This document shows, one piece after another, positions 1 to 11,204 of a stretch of DNA of 64,000 nt. Origin of the DNA: Octopus sinensis (lineage: Eukaryota); NCBI RefSeq assembly GCF_006345805.1, contig NC_042999.1, positions 20,212,001 through 20,276,000 of the forward strand, read 5' to 3'. The notes beneath the pieces were generated by a model that saw only the letters and a list, made by a program, of their open reading frames with translations, searched no databases and was not told where the DNA came from. How positions within the stretch are numbered: position 1 is the first letter of the stretch; each line of letters begins with the position of its first letter. The position numbers and the translations under genes were made by a program.

Positions 1-587
1 AAAGACACCATTTACAGAATGAGGATAACAACATAGCTTTTGCACCCATGCAGAGGCCCAAATTTTAGTTCAACCATTTCGCTTACATTGAAACTTTGCA
101 CATCACACCTGTACATTTTAAAACTAATTGATAAATATGGAGATGTATGATTGCCATACACATTATAAAACCTAACATTAGCTATTCTTACCAATTGGTG
201 TTTGTATCAACTGCTTGCCCATTACTCTATCAATTTGTTTAGGCATACCATGAAAAACATATCTAGTATCTTTTTAATGCATCATTACTTTACTCTTAAA
301 GGCTTAATTAATCTTCATGTAGTATATCATTATCAAGTCAGTCTCACCAGACTAGTATCTAACTAAATTTATTGATTACCTTTGGAAAGTAACTACTATA
401 CATATTATAAAGACTGACTTTATAACCATACACATTATAAAGACAAGTAAAATTCGTCTTCCATTTAATATTAGAAGAAAGGGATCTGTGTAGGGCTCCT
501 TTTCACAGAGGCTCTATGATAGTTTTTGAAATGCAGTCATATAGAAGAATGTTAAGAATATTTTGGTAAAAATATAAAACTAACGAA

Positions 588-1013
588 GGCGCAGGAGTGG
601 CTGTGTGGTAAGTAGTTTGCTTACGAACCACATGGTTCTGGGTTCAGTCCCACTGTGTGGCACCTTGGGCAAGTGTCTTCTACTATAGCCTTGGGCCGAC
701 CAAAGCCTTATGAGTGGATTTGGTATACGGAAACGGAAAGACGCCTGTCGTATATATGTTTATATATATATATATATGTGTGTGTGTGTGCATGTGTATA
801 CATTTGTGTGTCTGTAATTGTCCCCCTAACATCACTTGACAACCGATGCTGGTGTGTTTACGTCCCCGTAACTTAGCGGTTCGGCAAAAGAGACCGATAG
901 AATAAGTACTAGGCTTACAAAGAATAATTCCTGGGGTCGATTTGCTCGACTAAAGGCGGTGCTCCAGCATGGCCACAGTCAAATGACTGAAATGAGTAAA
1001 GAGTAAAGAGTAA
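588..1013 (+). mobile_element. tRNA-headed SINE, family A (CORE-like body, internal TA/TG microsatellite, (AAAGAGT)n tail)
   Basis: Head GGCGCAGGAGTGGCTGTGTGGTAAG...GGTTCAGTCCC has A/B-box-like motifs, then CACCTTGGGCAAGTGTC, then tail GGCGGTGCTCCAGCATGGCC.CAGTCAAATGACTGAAA; more than 10 similar copies in the window. Confidence 0.9.
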
Positions 1014-1039
1014 GTGCAATAACTAGCTAATGCATAAAG

Positions 1040-1292
1040 GTCTTGACTATCAACTATTAAAAGAAGGAAGCTAAAGTACTTTGGTCCCATAGTAAAGGCA
1101 CAAGGTATACAAACTCTATTGCTAGAAGGAAAGATAAATGGCAAATGCACAAGACAAGGACCTCGAACAAACTGGTAGATAACATCAAGGACTGGACTAA
1201 ACTCTCATATGGTGAATGTGTAAGAATGGCAAAGAAAAATATCAAATGGGGATCCTTGATATTCAACCTACTGAAAGCAGATGACACCAGAT
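1040..1292 (+). pseudogene. Degenerate RTE-type LINE ORF C-terminus
   Basis: Translation STIKRRKLKYFGPIVKAQGIQTLLLEGKINGKCTRQGPRT, frameshift, then VDNIKDWTKLSYGECVRMAK...FNLLKADDTR*; resembles RTE C-termini. Confidence 0.7.
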
Positions 1293-1799
1293 GAAAAAAA
1301 GAATAAGAATAGGGGAGATTAAAGCGGGTAAGCTATCCTGGAACTCGAGAAATGGTTCAAATACTTGCAACAACGCACTCAAGGACTAGACAGCAGTGTT
1401 AAAAAGGCAATAGATTAAATCTACCAGCGAAGAATTCAGAACATAAAGAGCCAGCATCAGATAATGGGTACAGCCTCTTCCTATTTGCTAAAATTTTGAA
1501 GAAAAATATTTTAATTTCAAATTTCAGTAGAAGTAATTTTATCTTTCATCTTTCAATAACAGAAGGAATTTCTATATATATATATATATATATATTGTCT
1601 GATTCAGATGTATCTACACTTCCTCTAATAGTCAAAATGCTTTCATCAAAAGAAATCAAAGTATACTTGATGTTTGTTGCCACTAATTAAAATACTTGTG
1701 GTTCTTCTTTTTAATAACATTTTCATAGATATATGATTCTTAGAGGAGAATCAACTTAAATGAAACGAGTTCATAAATATAAATGTTAATTTATAATTC

Positions 1800-2090
1800 T
1801 GAAACAACCACCCAAACTCGGGTCAATAGGAGGAAATGGGGTTGGTTGGGACATTCCCTGCAAAAAGCCCATTTGCATTATTGTAAGGTAAGACTTCTTA
1901 TGGAAACCGAATGGGAAACAAAATGATGGTATATCAAAACCATTATGAAGAAACTTCTCAGAAACTGTTGCAATGGTAGGTAGCTACAACTGAAGACAAC
2001 TGCAATCGAATGCCAAAGATTGAGAAAGACAGAAATTGCTCGTTGGAACACCAAGCTCCACGTGGAGTTAAAGGAATTAAAGAAGAAAAG
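1800..2090 (+). pseudogene. Degenerate RTE LINE 3' end
   Basis: RRKWGWLGHSLQK motif (1828-1866) and terminal CTCCACGTGGAGTTAAAGGAATTAAAGAAGAA. Confidence 0.55.
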
Positions 2091-2515
2091 GAATTCTGAA
2101 GAGGGCCTTAATATTTTTGGTTATCAGCTGGCGTAGGTTTAATTTCAGCATAATATTGATATTGACCCTACAATGAACCCAAGCTCCATATGGAGTTAAA
2201 GGAATTCTGAAGAGAGCCTTAATGTTTTTGGTTATCAGCTGGCGTAGGTTTAATTTCAGCATAATATTGATATTGACCCTACAATGACTCCAAGCGCCAT
2301 ATGGAGTTAAAGGTATTCTGAAGAGAGCCTTAATGTTTTTGGTTATCAGCTGGAGTAGATTTAATTTCAGCATAATACCGATACTGACCCTACAATGACA
2401 CCAAGCGCCATATGGAGTTAAAGGAATTCTGAAGAGAGCCTTAATATTTTTGGTTATCAGCTGGAGTAGATTTAATTTCAGCATAATACCGATACTGACC
2501 CTACATTGACCCCAA
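2049..2515. repeat. 111-bp minisatellite, about 4 copies
   Basis: GAG(A/G)GCCTTAAT recurs at 2101, 2212, 2323 and 2434 (period 111); explains the 37-aa repeat in ORF 2077..2484. Confidence 0.95.
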
Positions 2516-2872
2516 GGAGATGAAAATTAAATTTTTTTTTGTTTTGTCTTTTTGCAGTTTAGTCAAGGATGGAAGGCCAACATCTCTGGCCATTTATCTT
2601 TTGCGTGTCAACAAGACAGATAGAGCTAATGGGAGGAAGTTATCTTTAAATGTGAGATGTGATCTAAAAGCATACAAGAAACTGAAGTTCACTAAAGACA
2701 CCCAAGTATCAATGGGTTGTATTAAGTCAAGTAACAGATTAAATCTACCATCTAAAAGCTCAAAATATAAAGAACTGAAGTGAGATACATGTCAAAAAAA
2801 AAACACCCACAAAATTCTGGAAATTCTGTAGTAAATTGTTTTAAGAATTAACCTAAAATGAAAAGTAAATTA

Positions 2873-3212
2873 ACTCTTTTACTCTTCTACTGTGGCCATG
2901 CTGGAGCACCGCCTTTAGTCGAACAAACTGACCCCAGGACTTATTCTTTGTAAGCCTAGTACTTATTCTATCGGTCATTTTTGCCGAACTGCTAGTTTAC
3001 GGGGATGTAAACACACCAGCATCGGTTGTCAAGTGATGTTGGGGGGACAAACACAAACACACAAATGTATGCACACACACACACACACACGCACGCACAC
3101 ACACACACATATATATATATACATATATACAATGGGCTTCTTTCAGTTTCCATCTACCAAATCTGCTCACAAGGCTTTCGTCAGCCCAAAGCTATAGTAG
3201 AAGACACTTGCC
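2873..3212 (-). mobile_element. SINE family A, 5'-truncated
   Basis: Reverse complement of the family A tail and body. Confidence 0.85.
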
Positions 3213-4475
3213 ATGTATGTGTGTTTGTGCATGTTTGTTTGTGTGTGTGCATGTATGTGTGTGTGTTTATATTCTATGTTGAGTTGCAATCAGTAAAGTC
3301 TATTGACAATTACCTGTCTGTAAATTAATCTACTAGCTCTGTGCTTTGGAATATGTGTAGGACAAACACATCCCATACTTGAAAAAAACCTCAGCGTTAC
3401 TTACAAGGTATCAGGCTTTAAACAGTGCCCAGTAGTGTGTATTTGTTTCGCCCATTAAGTCCCACTGTCCTATAAATAGGACACAAAATGAGAACATTAA
3501 ATAAGCTGTATCACATTGTCTCAGTGTCCTATTTATAGGACATCGCGTATTTCCATTTCTACTTGAAGTAAACGAGTTTTAATAATTAATTTTTTCATTT
3601 TAACCTATTTTCAGTCATCTGTAAAAATTTTCTAACTGTGAGGTTTTAGGTTCAATTCTATTGTGTGGCACATTGGGTAAATGCCTTCTAATGCAGCCCT
3701 GGGCCACCAGATTCTGTCACCCCGTGAATTTGGCTGACAGAATCTGTGTTAAGGCCATCAAGCATGTATTCTTTCTTTCTTTTTTCTTTTATTCATTTCA
3801 GTTATTTGACTGTGACCATGCTGGAGCACTGCCGTTTTAGTCGAACAAATCGACCCCAGGATTTATTCTTTGTAAGCCTACAAAATAGTATATTACTCTT
3901 TTACTTATTTCAGTCATTTGACTGTGCCCATGCTGGAGCACTGCCTTTAGTCAAGCAAAATGGACCCCAGGACTTATTCTTTGCGAGCCTAGTCCTTATT
4001 CTATCAGTCTCTTTTGCCAATCCACTAAGTTAAAATTTTAAAAGTAATATTCAGAAATTTAAGTACTCTGGGACTAAATGGCTTAATGTCAAAATACAGA
4101 CATGGAACAAAGGATGAAACAAATCTCATTGATGGTCATGAGTGGAATGCATTTGTTGAAGAAAGTCTAAATAGGGAATGAATCATAGCAACAATAATAA
4201 TAGAAGGATCTTCTGAACAGTTACTTGAGTGTTTAACGTCCATTTTTCCATGCTGGCATGGGTTGGATGGTTTGTAAACTGCTGGTCAGCTAGGGAGCTG
4301 TTCAGACTCTAATTGTCTGTTTCTACAACTGGATACCCACTCTAATGCCAACCATTTTACAGTGTATGCTGAGGTTTCTATGTGCCACCCACAAAGGTGC
4401 AATAATACAGCACTAGGATGAGTGCATTTTATGTGGCACTGGCACCACGAAAGAACAAGACTACATGTATCGATA

Positions 4476-5639
4476 CAGTTCTATATTTTGGAGATGAGGA
4501 ATTATGTACATTATTTACATTATTTACATTTGATGGATATTTGTCCTCATCTTGTTTGCTGTTATCGCAACATTTCGGCTTATATACCCTCCAGCCTTCA
4601 TCAGGTGTCTTGGGGAAATTTCGAACTTGCGTTCTCGTTCCTCAAGTATTTTTCGATGTTATTATTATTATTATTGAGTGAGAGAGCAGTGCATGCCATC
4701 AAAGTGACACTGGGGTACAAATATACGAAGCCCAGTATACCCATCATGACTACCCGTCTGATAAGGGTACACCAGGCACATGCATTACAGACATATGTGT
4801 GCGACATGGTGATCTCATAACAAGATAAACAGCGCATGACCTTACGGGTGGGCCCCAGTTAGAATTTTCTTCTGGTTGGGTAACCCATCCCACTCAAAAG
4901 GACCCTGATTAAGGGCTGTTTAAGGATGTTGAATGAAACACCCATGTTTCCAGAGGTGAATCATTCAAACCCCAAAGAATCCCTCTCAACACTTGGCTAT
5001 GATGCTCCCCCACTATTTCTACTCGTGATCAGAGATGCACATATCGTCAGCCACTAAGGGACATGCTCAACTGGTTACGGTCAAACAACTGACAAGCAAA
5101 TCTGTGGTATTGAGCAGAATATTTGCTGTAGCCCATCTTATATACCAAGACAAAACAATGTACATGATAACACTTCCAGTCAGTTAAGATCAGAAGCCAT
5201 GAGAGCCGCTGCCTGGTACTGCATCAGGGCATAATTATTATTATTATAATTATTATTATTATTATTATTATTATTATCATCATTACTATTGTTCAGGTCA
5301 CTATGCCATATGCCTGTGGGGCAAATGGTGTAGTGGTTAAGAGCGCAGGCTACTAACCCAAATATTCCGAGTTCAATTCCAAGCAGTAACCAGAACAATA
5401 ATAATAATAATAATAATAATGATAATAATAATAATAATAATAATAATGATGATGATGATGATGATGATGATAATAATAATAACATCGAAGAATACCTTAG
5501 GAATGAGAACCCATGTTCAAAATTTCCCCAACACACCTGAAGAAGGCTGGCGGGTATATCAGCCAGAACGTTGTGTTAATAACAAACAAGAGGAGGACAA
5601 ATATCCGTTAAATGTAAATAATGTAAATAACGTACATAA
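4476..5639. mobile_element. Palindromic PLE-derived element (tRNA-like head, (AAT)n, hammerhead-like tail in each arm), copy 1
   Basis: 4476-4675 is the reverse complement of 5396-5639; tRNA-like head at 5320-5392; hammerhead-like cores at 4564-4610 (-) and 5532-5577 (+), both mutated. Confidence 0.8.
4676..5231 (-). mobile_element. Non-coding element inserted into an (AAT)n tract
   Basis: Flanked on both sides by ATT/AAT repeats; a second copy sharing the same end lies at 24840-25175; strand inferred from the shared end. Confidence 0.75.
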
Positions 5640-5971
5640 TATACATGTATGGATGACAGTGATTTTAGTTAGCTTAGCATGTGTTCCCAAGTACAGCAAA
5701 CCAGTACATCTCCTGGTCCCTTGTCATAATGCTGTCATGTGTATCAGTTTACTTGGTCATAAGTTCACAAAACTTGTATCTACATTGCATCATTTTTAGT
5801 TGTACAAATTATAATATATCATACAGGAAAATGATTTAAATGTATTTCAATAAATTTACATAGAGGGAATTACAGTAGACAAAATTATTCAGATGATAAG
5901 TTAAGATAAAGAAACATAACTGATGAGTGTTCACAATTATTTTGTGAGCCAAGATGTTCAACAGAAACAAA

Positions 5972-6362
5972 TCTCTCTTTATATAAAGCTGAAGTTGTCT
6001 GTGTATGGCAGGTTTGGTAGCCAGCAACTAACACTATCTTCTCCGAGACCCTGCGGCGCAAGTTGACCAAAATTGAGAGTATGATAGAAGAAGGCTTGAT
6101 CTTTCTTTCGTAGAAGAATAATTCAAATCGGTTCATGTTAACACCAAAAATTATTTACATCAAAAAGTTGCTTTTTTTCTATGAAAATCCCTATTTTTTA
6201 CGATTTTTTTACTGCTGTGTCGCCATTATTCGGTGCATTACACCTAGAAAAATGTTTACTTAACGAGAATAACAAGCTGCATAATGCAAAAATTTTACTT
6301 TTCGAAAATTCCAATTCTAAAGGGTCGAAACAAACTCGAGCAACGCCGGGCGATACTGCTAG
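5972..6362 (+). mobile_element. Non-autonomous Helitron-like element, complete
   Basis: A|TCTCTCTTTATATAAAGCTG at the 5' end; GC-rich subterminal CTCGAGCAACGCCGGGCGATACTG then CTAG|T at the 3' end; inserted at an AT dinucleotide with no TSD. Confidence 0.8.
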
Positions 6363-6837
6363 TTCTCTATAAAAACGTATTAGGAAAAGAATTAAAAGAA
6401 AAAATAGAATAAGATTTTAAAAATATATATGGATTTATTATGACAGATCAGAAAAACTCTATCCAAGATAAATCATTAGCAAAATATCTCTTCTGAAGAT
6501 CTGACTATTAAGAATAATTCCTAGTTAATCTCTTTACCACTAACACTAGTCTAACTAGATATAACAAATAACTAAACCAAATAAACAAATTGTTGAATAA
6601 ATCTCTGTTTTCTAGTTACTTGAAAGTATTCAACATTTAATTCTCCAAAGAAATATTTCTATTTTATGCATTCTGTTTTATATGTGTTGTTGATTTTAGA
6701 CAATAATACTATATATGTGTATGTATGTACTGGAAGTCTTTATATAAGCACAAACCATAAGCACATACATACTCATACACATTCGCACAACTACACCATA
6801 ACAATTATTTAATTTTGTGCACACATACACGCACAAA

Positions 6838-7752
6838 CATCATCATCATCGTTTAACGTCCGTTCTCCATGCTAGCATGGGTTGGACGGTTCGACCGGGG
6901 ATCTGGGAAACCAGAAGGCTGCACAAGGCTCCGGTCTTATCTGGCAAAGTTTCTACAGCTGGATGCCTTTCCTAACGCCAACCACTCCGAGAGTGTAGTG
7001 GGCGCTTTTTACGTGCCACCTGCACTGGTGCCAGGCGAGGCTGACATCGGCCACAGTCGGATTGGTGCATTTTACGTGCCACCTGCACGGAAGCCAGTCG
7101 AAGCGGCGCTGGCATCGGCCACGATTCGGATAGTGCTTTTTACGTATCTCCAGTCCAGGGGTCCTGGCATCTGCCGGGTGTCAGTCATAGGATTGGTTCA
7201 ATTTCGATTCCGATTTCACTTGCCCCAACAGGTCTTCGCAAGCAAAGGGGGGTTGGCATAGATGCCTGTCGTCGGATGAGGTTCGATATCGACTTCCATT
7301 GCCTCAACAGGTCTTTGTGTATCCAAGAGGGGAAAGGCATGCATAAGTGGGCTGGACTCACTTGTCCTGCCTGGTCTTTTCACGCACAGCAAATTTCCAA
7401 AGGTCTCGGTCGCTGGTCATTTCCTCAGTGAGACCTAAAGTTCGAAGGTCGGGCTTCACCACCTCGTCCCAAGTTTTCCTGGGTTTACCTCTTCCACGGG
7501 TTCCCTCCACTGCTAGGGATTGGCACTTTTTCACACACCTATCTTCATCCATTCTCGCCACATGACCATACCAGCGCAATCGTCTCTCTTGCACACCACA
7601 ACTGATGCTCCTTAGGTCCAACATTTCTCTCAGGGTACTAACGCTCTGTCGAGCATGCACTCTGACATTACACATCCATCGGAGCATACTGGCTTCATTT
7701 CTCGCGAGCCTACGCATGTTCTTAGCAGTCACGGCCCATGTTTCACTGCCAT
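6838..7752 (-). mobile_element. 5'-truncated RTE LINE (ORF C-terminus, 3'UTR, (GAT)n tail)
   Basis: ORF 7358..7732 (RRLRWYGHVARMDEDR...GRGKPRKTWDEVV) matches the 30.3-30.7 kb copy; CATCATCATC tail at 6838. Confidence 0.92.
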
Positions 7753-7803
7753 ATATATAATTAATATATATATATAATTAATATATATATAATTATATAT
7801 ATA

Positions 7804-8960
7804 TTTTTTTCTAGTTTCAGCTCAGAGCTGCGGCCATGCTGATGCACTGCCGTTTTGTGCTACACTGTTATTGCGAAGAACCTCGTCTAATATGTGGCAC
7901 TTGGTGAAGAATAGAGTTTTATATAGCTACTCTCATTTGCACCTCTTGCCGTGGCGTAGGTTCATCTGGGACTCTTGACAGGAAGATGTCCAGCTTTGAT
8001 TTAAAAACCGCTACATCTACTTTGTGCAAGTTCCTCAGACTCTTTGGGAGAATATTAAAAAGCTGTGGGCCCTTGAAACCCAGGCTGTTGCAGTAGCTGG
8101 TCCTGAAGCGTGATGGCATTGCTGGGATCTTTGGCACTATGCAGTGTCGTCCCGTTCTAGCATTGGTGTAGCTTGCAATGCCAAAATTTGGCACAATTTC
8201 TTCCAGGATCTTCCAGACATATATTACTGCATACCTCTCTCATCTTCTCTCCAGGGAGTAGAATCTTAGCTGTTTCAACCTTTCCCAGTAGCTGAGCTGT
8301 TGCAAAGAGACGATCTTCTTTGTGAATCTTCTCTGGATTGCTTCAATGTCCGCTGTTAATTTTACACTGGTGGGTGACCATAGCTGTGAGCAGTAATCCA
8401 GGCGGCTGAGGACGAATGTCAGCCAGAGGACCATCATGGTTTCCTTATCTCTGATTCTGAATGTTCTTAGGATCCACCCAGCCAGTCGTCTGAACTTTGT
8501 CGCCATCCTGGTAATGTGCACTTGGAAAGAGGTATCATCACTCATGTCGATACCCAGGTCCCTCACAGACTTAGGCTCTGGGATTGAAATTCCCTGTGGA
8601 CCGGTGTATCCTGTAAGTTTAATATTCAGTTTTGGATGCTGGTAGCGCAGGGCCTGGAATTTTTCAGCATTAAATTGCGTATTATTATCCTCAGCCCATC
8701 TGTAGATTGAGTCCAACTCCTGCTGCAGGTGTGCAACATCACTGGGGTTCTGTATTTTCTGCGAGACTTTCGTATCGTCTGCATAGCTGGCCAGTGTGGC
8801 TATCCGGGCATTTGAGCAGTGGTCCCAAGACAGTGACCTGTGGAGCACCGCTCACTATTTGTGTGTTCATAGAGGTGGCTCCATTAACCACTACTGTCTG
8901 ATTCTTATCTTTCAGGAAGTCATGTAACTACACTCCAAGTTTTCCAGCTATGCCGGAAAT
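7804..8960 (-). mobile_element. CR1-like LINE 3' half (RT remnant)
   Basis: YADDTK motif, VRDLGI, RLDYCSQLWSP, FNILPKSLRN; premature stop and internal deletion; hairpin plus A-rich tail at 7804-7855. Confidence 0.9.
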
Positions 8961-9043
8961 CATATATATATATATATATATTTATAAAATTTATGAATAA
9001 ATGAAAGAATGGAGTTGAACGACAAATTAACAAATTTCCTTTA

Positions 9044-9126
9044 TTTTCGACATATGTTTCGAAGGCTGCATATTCCTAATTGTGAAGGAATAAGGAGTAC
9101 ATCATGCCGCTTTCTCATCAGGAAAA
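9044..9126 (-). ncRNA. Type I hammerhead ribozyme motif (PLE-associated), core intact
   Basis: Minus strand: TTTTC-CTGATGA-GAAAGC...GCCTTC-GAAAC-ATAT-GTC/GAAAA; stem I 5 bp, stem II with one mismatch, palindromic short stem III, GUC cleavage triplet. Confidence 0.8.
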
Positions 9127-9722
9127 ACAAGGAATTTATGTCAACATCAAGATTCACAAAAACTTTTAGATGACTGCTCTCACGGAGCGCGTAGCGATAA
9201 TGATAATGAGTGTCTCTTTAATATTCCTTTATAAGGAGTGACGTCAAACTGGTTGAATGTAGAAAATTGTAGAAGGTTCTAAAGGTTCAAGAGATCAAAC
9301 GAAGTAGGGGGAGAGAGGCCTAAGAAAAGTAAGGTGATTTGGAACAGGTCATATGTATGGTGGGTTTTGTTAAATTCTTTTGTGAATGAGTGTCTGCGTG
9401 AGTGAATGAATATAACTGTATTAATACCTATGTGTGTGTATGTGTGTGCGTGAATGTGTATGTGGATGGGTAGATGTCAAAAAAACAGATAGTGGAGTTG
9501 TAGCAGATATGTGTCTGTGTGCTTGATTACTATAGATATAGGGAGAGAGAGAGAAAAAAAGGGAAAGAGGAGGGCGAGGTATTGGGACAAAGGCAAAACA
9601 AACGTCAATGGATTGGGTAGTATGTCTTTGAAAGCATAAAAATTTTTTTTTAAACTAAAGGGGTGAAATATATAAATGGAAATATATTAATTAAAATTCA
9701 AGGGGGTTATATATATTAGTCA

Positions 9723-10175
9723 TTATTCATATGAGTGAAATGTGTGTTTTCTCCAGTGCAAGCACATGTAGGACCTCTCGACGATTAAATTTATTAAAGG
9801 TACTTTGGCGAATAATATACGAAAAAATTCAGAATTACAGACGCCACAAATTTTTCTGCCCTTATCAAACGGAACGGATACCGACAAAATAGACCATTCC
9901 AGCTTGAAGGTTGAATTGCTGTCTTTCAGACGCCAAATTAGTTTGCTTAATCCCGTGCTGTGTTGCTTTCTCTTATCTCGGAAAGTTGAATAATGGTTGG
10001 AGATCCTTTGGGCTAATTTAGACGAAGTTGCCCCTATGTAAAAGAAGACATCGGTACCCGAAGAAATTTTGCATTGGTAAATTGTGTTTCTAATTTTGGA
10101 ATTTTGGGATAAGAACTTTAATCTGTTGGGGTTAACCTCCGAGACTAATACGGAGTTTTTATTGTTATGATAAAG
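9723..10175 (-). pseudogene. Penelope-like (Neptune-type) GIY-YIG endonuclease remnant
   Basis: Stop-free frame of about 150 codons with no start codon (so absent from the ORF track): NTIYQCKISSGTDVFFYIGATSS...NHYSTFR...STGLSKLIWRLKD...LEWSIL...KICGVCNSE...MCLHWRK; lies upstream of the hammerhead on the same strand. Confidence 0.85.
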
Positions 10176-10270
10176 CTAGTTAGCCAATGCTGCTATGAAT
10201 GCTGCTAATATCAATACTTTTTCTATTACTATTATTATTGTATGTTAGGTTGGAATTAGCAAAGGTAATA

Positions 10271-10408
10271 TTAGGTTGTCCCAAAAGTTCGTAAACACTT
10301 GCGAAAATTGAATTTTTACTCGCCAAGTACTAACAAAAACAAAAATTATTCCTCAAAATAAAGACCATTATTTTCCAAGACTTTCTACGAACTTTTGGGA
10401 CAACCTCA
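10271..10408. mobile_element. Mariner-type MITE, 138 bp
   Basis: TIRs TTAGGTTGTCCCAAAAGTTCGTA / TACGAACTTTTGGGACAACCTCA with TA on both sides. Confidence 0.88.
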
Positions 10409-10420
10409 TATATGTATATG

Positions 10421-10518
<98 letters not shown>

Positions 10519-10522
10519 GGGT

Positions 10523-10561
<39 letters not shown>

Positions 10562-10667
10562 CACGTGCAAATATATATGTGTATATATCCACATACATAT
10601 ATATACTTATACATATATATATATACATATATATAAACATATACATATATACATATATATATATATA
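10409..10667. repeat. (TA)n-rich microsatellite
   Basis: Direct reading. Confidence 0.97.
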
Positions 10668-11203
10668 TCATCGTTTAACGTCTGCTTTCCATGCTAGCAT
10701 GGGTTGGACTATTTGTCTGAGGACTGGTGAACCAGATGGCTGCATCAGGCTCCAATCTGATCTGGCAGAGTTCCTACACCTACACCTGGATGCCCTTCCT
10801 AACACCAACCACTCCGAGAGTGTAGTGGATGCTTTTACGTGCCACCGGCACGCGAGCCAGTCAAGTGGTACTAGCAACGGCCATGCTCAAATGGTGCTTT
10901 TTATGTGCCACTTGCACAGGAGCCAGTCCAGCAGCACTGGCAACAACCTCGCTCGACTGTTTTTTCACGTGCCACCAGCACAAGTGCCAGTAAGGCAACT
11001 CAAATAACGATCACGCTCAAATGTTGCTTTTTACTTTGCCATCAGCACGGAGGCCACCTTGTTGCTCTGGCAACGATCATGCTTGAATGGTACTCTTAGC
11101 ACTCCACTAGCACGAATGCCAGTCATCGAATTTGATTTCGATTTTGATTTCGCTTACCTCAACAGATCTTTGCAAGCAGAGTTTAGTGTCCAATGAAGGA
11201 AAG
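10668..11203 (-). mobile_element. RTE 3'UTR fragment
   Basis: CATCGTTTAACGTC...CATGCTAGCATGGGTTGGAC tail and GTGCCACCGGCAC repeats. Confidence 0.88.
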
Positions 11204-11204
11204 A

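Noticed and set aside
5320-5392. tRNA-like sequence as a functional tRNA-Ser(ACT) gene; likewise the SINE heads at 53358 and 51945
   Set aside because: No complete acceptor stem, no long variable arm as expected for Ser, and embedded in repeated mobile elements.
10368-10646. Poly-YI/IY ORFs, also at 27140-28310, 37778-38243 and 58470-58821
   Set aside because: Translations of (TA)n/(TG)n microsatellites, which lack stop codons in some frames.
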